A stretch of DNA of 64,000 bases, taken from contig OU015569.1 in NCBI GenBank assembly GCA_907165135.1, positions 3,162,001-3,226,000 on the forward strand, given 5' to 3'. The DNA is from Oikopleura dioica. Lineage: Eukaryota; Animalia; Chordata. Made by a program: the position numbers and the translations under genes. The notes below the pieces were generated by a model, which was given only the letters and a program-made list of their open reading frames with translations, ran no database searches and was not told the origin of the DNA. Shown here piece after piece: positions 50,264 to 61,594 of this stretch. How positions within the stretch are numbered: position 1 is the first letter of the stretch; every line of letters starts with the position of its first letter.

Positions 50264-52578
50264 CAGGTCTCTATCGTAAAATGGAAGCAGTGGACTCAAT
50301 TTGGAAGATTTTGAAAATCAAATTTACTTTGGGATAAGTCGGAGATACAAGAACCCGCATGAATATTTGATTTTTTATTTGCCAGAAACGATAATTTGCA
50401 TTTACTGCCGATTTTCTAAAATCGTAGATATATTTTAGGATAAGACATCTTTCGTACCCTTTTTGTAGTTAAATTAGTTTACAAGTAGCCATCTAAAATT
50501 ATTTTGAAAACCATCAAAGAACTTTTTCAGTCATCGAGATCCAAAAATAAATTGTCATAAATGAGGAGCAGCTATATTTTTTGTTATTTCTTTTGTCATT
50601 TAATTCTTGCTATTTTTAATTTTCCAAAAATAATATCAAATTGAGCAATTATCGTGAATTTAGGGGAACTCAAAATGATATATTGTTTTACTTGCACCTT
50701 TGTGAATTAACCAATAAACTCAAAATAAACTGAAACTTTTCTTAATTCTGTAAGTCATAATTGCCTTCTGCCTATTACTCATCCGCAAGTTTATCGTTAT
50801 GTTGATAAGCTTAATATATTTTCTGTCAACTTGTCGCCAATTTATTGACTTCTCTCTCTTCTGCGAGATTTGAGCATGCGTCTTTCACGCTATAAATTAT
50901 TCCAGTTAGCAATAAAAGAACACTTCAAAAAATTTAAAAGATTGTTGCATAAGACAAGTCTTTCAAATAACAACCGTTCCGGGACTTCTGTTTGTTTGGT
51001 GCCCAGACGAGAAGTAATTTATTCTTCAATTATCAGTATTAAATAGTCAGAAAGCTAAGGAATGGTAAGCTCAGAGTTGACAGTATATAAAGAAAGCAAC
51101 TCAAGAGTGTTTATAGCGCGTGCTTAAAAATAGCTCCATAGGGCAATCTTAGGTGTCTCCCCACGTGATCGTCGAATTCAAGCTATTTGTTACGAAACAC
51201 TGAATACGATGTACAATGAATAACAAACGATGAATGGTGGATTGCATGATGGATAGCTTGCTTTCGAAGAAGGAAGATTCTTGAGTCGGATGCTCTCGCA
51301 TGCTTGGGAAACCCATGCGGTGAGAGACGCGCCAATTCAACTTTGGACTTTTCGCCACTTTAGGGAGATCCAGTCAAACGCATCGTTGGACTCAAGGAAC
51401 AGTTTCCTTGACTCGCGCTATCTGCATAAAAAGACATTCTACGAGAATCATCGAATCGGAAGCAGAAAAGAAAGAGATCTAAAGGAAGATGGTTTCAGAA
51501 TACATTCGCGGTCAGTCCGACTTGCGTGCACTTTCGCTGCTCGAGGAACTAAAGGTTCGTTCAATTAGAATTGGAGACATGAAGGAGTATGGGGGCATTT
51601 TAGTATGTGTTGTTGCAGCAAGACATGCATATTGCCAAACAAGCGATTGAAATCGAAAGATTAAACAAGGAAAATGAAAAGCTTCGCGGAGGTAAGCATT
51701 AATCAATCTTTCCTTCGAATAAAAAAAACTCAAAAGATATAACACGACTAAAAGAAACTCCAAAGGATATTTTGTTCTGCGATGCAGACATGAACTCAGC
51801 ACCAAACTCCCCAAAAGCTGAGCGACGGGAAGAAGACATGAAGTTTAGGTCACCGTCTAATAGTGCCACTCGTTTCTTGTAACAGACCTTGACCGCGTTA
51901 AAGTCCGAAAAGAGCGAGGACGATTCCGAGAGTGATGAGCCAAAGGACAAGTATGAGATGTTCAGAATCTCATGAGTGATTGTACACGTAATGGGAGGCG
52001 AAAATATTTTTATATATTTTTCTGTCCCAATGATGTTCAATAAAAATAACAGTAGAACACACGTTGAACTCTTGTAAAGGAGCTGGTCCCAAAGATGATA
52101 TTTCGATTGAATAAAGAAAAAGGAAAGGGGCTCTTAATTTATATCTTACCAACATATTCGTCTCTCTGATGTCTTACTATAGCTCTATAATAGAGTCCGA
52201 GAAGGAGCAAGAAAACTTGGAGAAGCGTCGTGAAACGGAACAAGAATTGGCGGAAGTTATAAACCCAGCGCATATAAAAGAGGCTAAGGAGAATATCACG
52301 AAATCGATTAGCCAGGCGCTGAACAGAAATATGATTGCGCCTCACCAGGAAAATGATTAGAATTTTTTAATCGTCGAGCAAATAAATATTATTGCACAAA
52401 AACGCCTCTCACTGAGTCTCGATCATTTGTACATGAGAGTCTATAATTTATAGATGATTAAAATTAGAAATGATCAGGAGGCTAAATTCTAACCATTGTT
52501 AAGGAAGAGGTACCAAAATAACTACTAATGACAACTATTAGTGCCTATCTTTTTGTTCTTGCGCCATCATGTGTTTAG

Positions 52579-53600
52579 ATGGCGCGTCCACCACTTCTAT
52601 ATGACCCGACGTTAGCTCGTCAAAATCCACAAGGACCGCCACAAGCAGCTCAGTTCAATCTCAGGAACCCGTTCGCCGTGCAGTCTAACAGGTTCTTGAA
52701 CAATCAGCAAAGTAACTCTCTTGATAATTATTCAATAGGCCAAGCCAGCAGCTGACAGAGGAGGAGAGCAACAATCCAAGACGAGGTCGCTCCGAGTCTC
52801 TTCCAAACACTTCCTTTCCTCCACAGCAAAATACAAGCGAGATCAACTCGCAAATGTACCAGACAACAGCATTCCAACGACGCCACGATCGTCAGGTTGC
52901 TATTTCTCTTTTCTTCCGTCATTAATCATTTTTCAGAGCCTGTCGCGATCAGGCTGCGGTGGCGAGATTCAACAATTCAACCAATATGTCGACAACGGTG
53001 TCTACGACGTAAGTTTCCCATCATTTGAGGCTGCCAAGAGCTTAACTCGCCTTTCAGCAAGTATACGGGTACGGCTTCAACGATAGTTTCAACAACTCTG
53101 TCGATCAACAGGTGAGTGCGCTCAAGTTAGGCAGGGCCCCGTAAAGGCAATCTTAGAACACTCTCCACCCAATGTATCAAACTTGGCAACTGGGACCGAA
53201 TCCGATGGCAGGAAATCAAGATAGCTACGGACAAGCACTGACTCCCAACTCGACGAGTTCTTCGAATCTAGACCCCTCTGGTGACCAGCCGAGGGCGCGA
53301 AAGCTCAACGAAAACTGCAGATGTGCGTACTGCAACAAATGCTTTCAGGTAACTCGATGACAACCCATAATAATGAAATGATTGCTTAAAAACTAGAGCA
53401 CGTGGCATCTGAAGCGACACGAGCGAACGCACACGAACGAAAAGCCCTACAACTGTCAGAACTGCGGGAAGTCTTACTCGGATAACAGCAATTACTCGAA
53501 ACACGTGCGCAAGTGCTTCAGCGGAATAGTTGACAACGACATCATGCCGCAAATGGCGGCGCCTGGATCAATGGGATCCAACGAACCAGGCGCCAACTAG
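52579..53600 (+). CDS. Zinc-finger protein (C2H2 + C2HC)
   Basis: Spliced ORF with five GT-AG introns ending CAYCNKCFQ|[40 protein letters not shown]. Confidence 0.85.
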
Positions 53601-55069
53601 TTGTTGCTTCTCATCACTCCCTGTGCAATCTCGTACATTTTGTGGCAGTAACGTATACTTCAGTGTAAATTCATTCTGTACATAGCGCAATAAAAGCACA
53701 TCCGAAGGGACGCGCTGGAGTGATAAACGCTTCATAAAAGGCGTGTCGAGCAGAAAAAAAAGCAATCAAGGAAGAGTACCAGGGGTTCATTCGTTTACTA
53801 CTTCCAAGTGAGTCATTTCGCGGAAGTTCGTAGCTGGTAGGTCTTTTGGGGGCTTGGAGATGATTACTTCTGATGATCTTCGCGAGCGAGGCATTGAACC
53901 AACCAAGCTTCAATATTTAAATGCATCTTGTTATTACTAGGGATTTACCTCGGGAAAGCCAAAGAGGGCCGATGAGAGCGGAAACTACGCCCTTCACAAT
54001 CAGCCTTTACCTTTCCTCCAATGCAGAAAAATAACAAGAAGAATATTGTCGACAATATCTTAAGTTTAGTACAAGTAAATGTCAGCTATCCTAGCACTTA
54101 CGAACCCATATGAACACAGCGTAGCCAGTTGATCTACAAGGGAAGTATTACTCTCGTTATCTCTATGTTTCCTATTCTGATATGTACTCACATGTGAAAT
54201 ATCATAACTGGAGTTAGAGTTCTTTTACCGCGAATCGCATCTAAGACTCCCAACGGGGGTATATAATTGATTCTAAGGAGCACTGATTACTTTCTTAGAC
54301 TCATTAACGACACGATCTTGTATAGTCGCGGTGCAACAAAGTGAAAAACTCAGTATATTCAAAATCAATACGTTTGAAAAAAGTAATTGAGCTCATGCCT
54401 TGAAAGCTTATGCATTTTATTTTCTTCGGTGTACACTGTACATCCTGAATACTGTATCCTGTTTTGCTGCTGATGCACGTCAAGAAAATTAGAGGCATGA
54501 TGGAACAAGTTAGTTGCCAGTTCCGTCAAGTTCTAATATTATTAGAAGGGAGATATGGTCTCATGAATTTATTATAAAAAGTTTGAAGACTTTTTGTTGT
54601 CGATAAGGGTGGATATTTGAATATTGGGTTGGTGAAACGGAGTGAAAAGAGCAGTTTTTGACATGAGAAGCCTAATATGCATGCAATTATGAAATTTGCA
54701 TGTATATATTGGTTTTAATTTAATACAGACACGTATACGGTATAAAATGGTTATGTATCGTATGTCTCGCCAAATCGGTGGGTTCACGGCCCGGCGCATG
54801 TACATGTTTGGCCAGACAGGCGAGAGGAGACTGTGCGAGGCAGTGTGAGAGGCTTAGGCGATAGGTTAAACCTGCAAGTTACTTGTTCTTGGAGGATGAA
54901 ACCAGTCATCTTTTTTCTGTGTCCGTAAATTTGGGGGAAAACGGGGAATATTACAATATAGTTAATAAATGAGGGCAAGAAGATTAAATATAATACATCT
55001 AACAGAGCTCGGCAGGACCCAGAAATTTGGGAGAATAAGGCGCCTCGCGAGTCAACAACTGGCAACTGA

Positions 55070-58000
55070 TCAGCCATCCATGTTGTCCTCGCGCTCGTGG
55101 GGGTTGAGCACGCCGGGGACGTTCATCTGACGCTTGCGCTTCTCTTCGGCCGCCTGTCGGATCTCCTCTTCTTTCTGGTCGAGGAAAAGGTCGAAGGTGT
55201 TCTCGCCGGCGAACTCGCGAATTTGAATCAGGAAGTCTCGGATGTGCTCGCGGAACAGCGCCAGATCCGAGTTCATCGCGAAGAGGCCTTCCACGAAGAC
55301 CTTGATTTGAGAACTGAAAAATGTCAATTAAAATCTTGGCCATCGAATTTTTTTTCTTACATTTGGAGTGTTTTGAAGTGCTCTTGAAGCAGCTCTGCGA
55401 TGTAGTTCTGGACGAATTCGACGTTCTTTTGCACGATTTCCGCCTTGTTGTTTCGAATCCATTCGGCGTCATTTTCTCGTGTTTCGTTGGGGTAGAGAGG
55501 CACGAACACATGACCGTTCTCAACCGACAACAGAATGTGGCACAAGATCTGGCAGTGCATCGGCAAGCCAGCAATGTGGGTAGTGTCAGTAACCACGCCA
55601 AACACCTAGACAAAACAAAATGTGAAATAGAGTCGATAGCACACCATTTACCTGGCTGATAACTTCCATAAGATAAGTTTTGTAAAACTCCTGTCCTTGG
55701 GCGCCTCTGGACTGGACGTTTTTCAAAAGCTGCAGCATAATATCCAGGCCTGTGTCATTGACGTTTCTCATTGTGTGTTTGAAAGCCCAGACGATTGAGT
55801 CGAGAATGAGCTAAAAATTAAGGTTGAAAGTTAGTAAAAGAGTAAATCCATCTCACCTTGAACATTTGAGGCGGGATTTCGAGGAAAGCGCCGAAGCATC
55901 CCTTGTTTATAGCTTGAATGAGCAAGAAGAAGTTCGTCCTGTGCTCTGGGAACTCTTCGAAGTTCTTATTAATCATCTCGAGCGTGCACTCGAACACGGC
56001 GTCGAGGATCTTTGGAATCTGTGGTGTGATCATTCCCTCCAGACGATTGACGATTGTGGCCATTGTCGAGAGAACTTCAGGTTCTCGAGCTGCCGGGACA
56101 TTCGATCGGTAATCTAATATAAAAGGTTAAGAACGAAGTTTTCTCGTTTTTGTTTCTTACCAAGGAGAACAGCGTCGAGAAGAGGTTCGACAAAGTTATC
56201 AGAAACAAGTCTGGTATCGGTTGTCTTCGATACCCAAAGAGAAATCAGAGTTAGCGTCTCTTTTTACAGTCTTCATCTCTCGGATAATAGGCTGCTTGGT
56301 GACCTGCTCGCCGCCTCGAAGAATCGCGGAGGAAATTGATTCTGAGAGTACTTTATAGACATTCAGAATGTCGAGGAAGATTCGGGCAAGTTGGATAATG
56401 TATTGATGCCCGAGGGACTTGCAGGCGCGGACGTTAGTTCTCAGAATATTGACGATTTCCTTGACGACTTCAAATTCTCGGAGAGACGCAACATCCTTGG
56501 TAGCAGCTAAATGAAATAAGTTAAAGAAAGCAGCTTGAAAAGGGAGAAACCTTGGATGTATCTGTCAAAGGACTCGTTCGGCAGCAACATGTACTGTTCA
56601 ATAAGTCGCTCTTGAGTAACCGCGTCCTGCTGTGAGCTGATCATGATTCCAACGGCTTCGTAAAAGGTATGAATCTGCTGGGGCTGCAAGTCGCAGATAA
56701 TGGAATTGACACCGTTGAGGATTTCCTCGATGAAAGGCATCACCTCGCCCATCTAAAGAGAAGAAGGTAATTGGATGAAAGGGATGCAAATATACCTGGA
56801 TGTGGACAAAGTATCGTTTGCACTTTTGCGAGATCTTGATGAAGGTATCGCAAGCCATGTCCTGGACACCATCGTGCGTTTCGTGCATAAACTCAAAGAG
56901 CTTGTTTACGACGGTTTTCAGGAACTTCCAGTGCGCGCGGAGGAAGCGAGGATACTGGCCAACAACGTACATGATATTCGAGGCAATAATCGCCTTGTTG
57001 TCTTTGCCTCGTTTTTGTTCGCAAAGACCGAGCAAGTCCTTTAGGGTTTTTAAATAAATTGTGGAAGCGATCAATAAATACCTTGATGACTTGAACGAGG
57101 AACTTTTTCTCGGCATCTTCGGTCATTGCGCCTGAAATCGAACCGATGGCCCAGCAGAGCGTGTTGAGATTCTTTCTCGACCACTCGGATTGATCGACCT
57201 GTCGGGCCAGCTTCGAGGTCATGATTGCTTCGGTGTCCTTGTGATCCAAATGCGTCAAGTACACGAGCGTCTCACGCATTGTTTTGTACAGGTTGATGCT
57301 GTCGGTGTCCTTTAACTGTTCGCGAACAACTTCTCCGTTTTCATTTTCGACGACGAGGACTTCTTCCGGCTTCGCCATTCGGGAGATCATGATTTTGCGC
57401 ACTTCTGTGAGCACCGGAAGGTAGAATTGGCGCCGTGGCGGGACATCCTAGACGAACAGATAAAATGCTTGAATGAAAGAATGGGGAATAGGTAGTAGAA
57501 GCGGTAAGATTGTTGGTGGGAAAAGTTGTTATGAGAAAAATGGAAAATGAAGAACTGTTTTTGAATAACGCAAAAAAACACGATGTTAATTGAAATTTAA
57601 AAAGCGCGTGTTTTGTTACCGAGAGCAGCGTGCTACAGAAGTCGCCTCTGATTCCATCACACCAAATATTATCATTAGGGATCTACAGACACATGACGAT
57701 TTAGAATAACAGGAGCTTTTTTCTGGACCTGATTTTTCTACTTACGGGAGTGTTGTTGAAGCCGAGAAGGCCTTGATGGTAGATTTGCTGATTCGAGGGC
57801 GCTTCTTTGTAGAGATCGCCGCTGAGTGAGTGCCAGAACTCGAGGCAGACTTTGAAGACTTCGGTTTCTTCGACTTCGGAGATCTTGACGAGGTAGCGGA
57901 TGCCGTCTAGGAGCTCGGCCTTGCAGCTACGTTCCGCCAGCTCGGCGTAGTTCTTCAAATACGTCTCCAGGAAGAGCGCCAGGTTCTGGATGAACGCTTG

Positions 58001-59290
58001 CTGCGAGTCCTTGCCCTCCTTGTACGCTTTTTTAAGATCAATATCGACCGGGAGCATCTTCTTGAGCTCAGTAATCGTCGCCTGGTACAACTCGACGTAC
58101 TCAGTTTCGTATTCTTTCGCGCTCTCGCCAGTGATGCCCGCGATTTCAGTCAAGCACTTGAGCGATACGTTGCGGAAGTCGGGCACGTTCAGGAAGCGCA
58201 TGATCAATAGCTTGCACACGTCTGTCTTCATCAAGAACCCCATCGGAATCCAGGAGCAGAAGCGTAACAGCGTGTTTAGCGTCGCATCCAGTAATAAGGA
58301 ATTATTAGTGTTGTTCTAAAAAAGGAGATAAGTACTGTTATAGCCTATTACCAGGCAAAAAGTAAGCTTTTTGATCTGTGGCTTTAGCCCGTCGACCTCC
58401 TCCCTCTCTCTATACACCCTTCCACGGGGAGGGTTAAAGACCCCTCATTTTCGTTTGTTACGTACCAGTACGAACATACAGAGCTCGAACACTTGTGAGA
58501 ACTCAGTTGACATCGATCGCTTCAAATGTTGGATCTTGGCCTGGGTCATTTGGCCGGCGGAGTAGTCGAAGACCTCTTCCGAGAGCAGCTTGAGGATCAC
58601 CATGTTGTTGGTGCACAAGCTTTCGCTTGATTTGGAAGCACCGCAAATATCTGAAAAGGGATGAGGACGAGGCAATGGGGGAAGGGGAAGTTACCTGATA
58701 TGAAACTTGGCCAGTTCTGGGGCCATTCTTGTTTCAGCACTTGAACGAGGATCATGTTCAATTTGTTCAAGTAGACTTTTTCGTCTTCGGCCTTTTTCGC
58801 ATCGGAGCTAGAAAATTTGCATCTTTTCTTTTGGCGCTAGAATAGTACCTGATTCCGATAACGAGCTCAACGATGAAATCTTTAATCCCTTCGCACTGGT
58901 TTCGAGGGAGGACCTTCCATCGTGTTTTGATGACTGATTCGAGGATTTGAAGGCCGTAGAACTTTGTCTGTTGGGAGGTGGAGGTCTGCAATGCGCGATT
59001 TTAGAGAAAGCTGGAAGAAAATGGGAAGCGAACCTGGAGAATTTTGTCGACGCGTTGCCAACTGTCGGGGTGGTCCTTGAGCTGGTTTAGGATTTCGTGC
59101 GCTTCTTTGTGGTTTGGTCCTGCATCGTGGTGCAGACAGTGTACAACCTAAGACGATGGGTTAAAATTGGATTTACGGAAAAGAGAATTGAGGATGATGG
59201 AATTGTTACCTGTTCGAGAAGTGGCACATCTAGGTTCGTGTTGAAATCAAGTAGTCGTCTCGCTCCTCCGTTCTGCATGCTGACTGCCAT
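55070..59290 (-). CDS. XPO1: Exportin-1 (CRM1)
   Basis: [105 protein letters not shown]. Confidence 0.97.
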
Positions 59291-59552
59291 TTTCTAACTC
59301 TAACCGGCTGAGGCAAAAGCCACTTTTTCAAAACGCAAGTCAACGCTTCTGAAAATCACAAAATTGAAAATTCGAATCAATTTTCGTCGTAAATAGAAAG
59401 TACAGTAATGCTCGTGAAGTTTCTTTCTTAAAGAAATTCTCTCTCTTTTAGTCTTCGCCGCAGTCTCTTGCTACAGTAGTATCATCGTCTCTGACTGTAT
59501 CATAATCAAATAAAACAAAAATGATAAACACTTTTTTTCATCGAGATAACAT

Positions 59553-60662
59553 TTAACACTTTAGGACGAGATTTTTGATTGGTTGAGGAAACTGGTTCGG
59601 TCTGGCTTTTACAAAAAGTACAATTATTGTTATCGGCGATGTGCACACGCCTGGGGCGGAGGAGGAGCCTATCAAGCGTGGGAATTTCTTGTTCTTCCAG
59701 GAGAGGAGAGGAAAAGGAGGACTGGTGGAGGAGGAGTCACCGGAGGAAAGGTGATTTAGGAAAGGAAGGGAGGAATTTTTAACTGGGCGATGAGTGGATG
59801 GCCTTCGACTGCGCAGCGCACTTGCCCGTTGCGCGGGGAAATTCCCGCACTCGCTGAAAACTAGTTTGAACCGGTTCGCTCCGGTTCGACAAAACCAGCC
59901 ACCCGTCAACCGTCAGATCCTCCGTCAGAGCATCCACTGGAAGAGCTGAGTGGAAACTCCGACGCTGAGAAATCCATTCGAAGCGGCACTTCCGTTTTTT
60001 CCCTTCTGAAAAATCGCGATCTTTGAATCCAATCAATTGATTTTAAATCAACATTTATCGAAATTATTTAAAAAATACTATTATTTAAATGTCTTCGAAA
60101 AAAAAAAATTCTTTTAATAAAAAACATTCGTATAGAACACAAACACAGTTAAAATTCTACGATTGATTTAAAAAAGGAAAAGTCCTTTCGAAAGAAGAGT
60201 TTTTATGAAAATTATTATTAATTAATAATTCTATAAAATTATTAAAATTGAATAATAATTAAAAGCCTTATAGATTACAGATCGATAAGCGCGATCACTA
60301 TCTTTGCGAAAAATAAACAAGAGAATTGCTCTTTTAAATTTAAAGACTCTTTTAAGGACAAATTAATAATTTACGCCTTCTGCTCTCTCTCTCTGAAAAT
60401 GCTCATCAGAAAATGCTCTCAGAAAATGTAAATTCTAATGGCGCTAAATTATACTGACCTAGAGCCGCCTCGTGTTGGAATAAAATATTCTTCCGATTCT
60501 ACATTAAATTTCAAAAGATTACCATCGTTGAAAGCATCAAATTTTATGCTCACGTGGCTTTCATTGAGAATTTCTGAATTAAGTTTTCTGAATATTTCAG
60601 AATTCGCCAGTCAGCAATCCAAGCCTGGATTCTCCCCTGGAAAAGTTTATGGAATTTTCCAT
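59553..60662 (-). CDS. Probable orphan Ser/Pro-rich gene upstream of XPO1; middle exons uncertain
   Basis: MENSINFSRGESRLGLLT|EILNESH... small exons with plausible splice sites; a 49-nt GT-AG intron joins the 85-aa and 118-aa ORFs in frame. Confidence 0.4.
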
Positions 60663-60719
60663 GTTTTCGAATCATGATTTTATGACGCGTGGTCCTTTAC
60701 TTGTGATTACACTGTGACT

Positions 60720-60832
60720 CTAGGGTCGGCACCGACCACCATTTTTCATGGTCGTTTTGGTCGGCCGGCTCGGCTTTTTTGGTCGGTCGGTATTTTCAAT
60801 TTTCTGTTCCAATCGAAATTGTCCAACTCTAG
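60720..60832. mobile_element. Short MITE remnant related to the 329-759 element
   Basis: Begins CTAGGGTCGGCA (12/12 identical to that TIR) and ends TGTCCAACTCTAG; internal GGTCG repeats; no TSD seen. Confidence 0.5.
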
Positions 60833-60874
60833 GCGAGAATATTCTTTGTTTTTCTAAAGTTTACATCTGTTCGA

Positions 60875-60919
60875 GGGCTGATGAAGGCTCAATTGTAGCC
60901 GAAACGCGTCCCCAATAAA
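60875..60919 (+). ncRNA. Minimal type I hammerhead ribozyme (Penelope-like element type) followed by AATAAA
   Basis: GGG-CTGATGA-A-GGCT(caattgt)AGCC-GAAA-CGCGTC-CCC-AATAAA: intact core, stem II, palindromic stem III (ACGCGT), GTC cleavage triplet, 3-bp stem I. Confidence 0.75.
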
Positions 60920-61114
60920 TTATGAATCAAACAAGAATTACCTCGTATAGAGACGAGGAAAATATCATGTATTCTTTCTGAGACAAACATCGTTGATCCA
61001 AAAGTCTTTACTTTTCTTTGTTTGTAGCGGTTGAGTTGGGCAGTATTGTAATAAAATAATTATAATAATATATTTAAATAAGTGGATGTTTACTAGCAGG
61101 ATAGGTCAATAGGG

Positions 61115-61231
61115 CAGAGTTCGAATATTTTAAAAAGATGGCCACCGACTGCCAGCCATTTTCAAAACCGCAACAAAATTAGCAGTGGCAGATGGCAGTT
61201 GGCAGTCAACTGGCAATAACTTTCGAACCTG
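61115..61231. repeat. Small degenerate inverted-repeat element
   Basis: CAGAGTTCGAA ... TTCGAACCTG ends with internal TGGCAG/CTGCCA repeats; TSD unclear. Confidence 0.35.
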
Positions 61232-61594
61232 CGATAAAGGAAAGTTGTAAAGCAGATTGTTTTAAACTACTTAACAAAGCGGCTAAATTCACCGCTTTAA
61301 GATGCCTCCGTTACATAATGGATAATCCAAAAATGGAGAGCTCTGATTGGCAGAGCGACGCCAGGACGAGCGCCACCGTGATCCACTCTTTTCAGTTTCT
61401 GGGTTTTCTCGACGTTAGTTACAGGTTAGTTAGGGAAAGTTTTTGTACATTATCTCTGTCACATGAAAGTCTACTCAAGAAGGGCTATTACTGAAGGTTC
61501 GTAAGATCATTTCTTCTCCAGAAACAGCGTCAAATCGGGCGAGAATAAGTTGCTTTCGTTGATCTGAAAACTAGCTTCGACGGAAACTTTACCA

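Noticed and set aside
51060-52360. Protein-coding gene on the + strand
   Set aside because: Coding-like fragments and splice-like sites are present, but I could not assemble a stop-free model.
53650-54680. Gene downstream of XPO1 on the - strand
   Set aside because: Only short unrecognisable ORFs; no supported exon chain.
59600-59990. RNase P or telomerase RNA
   Set aside because: No convincing P4 partner strand and no CTAACCC template; kept only as a generic structured region.
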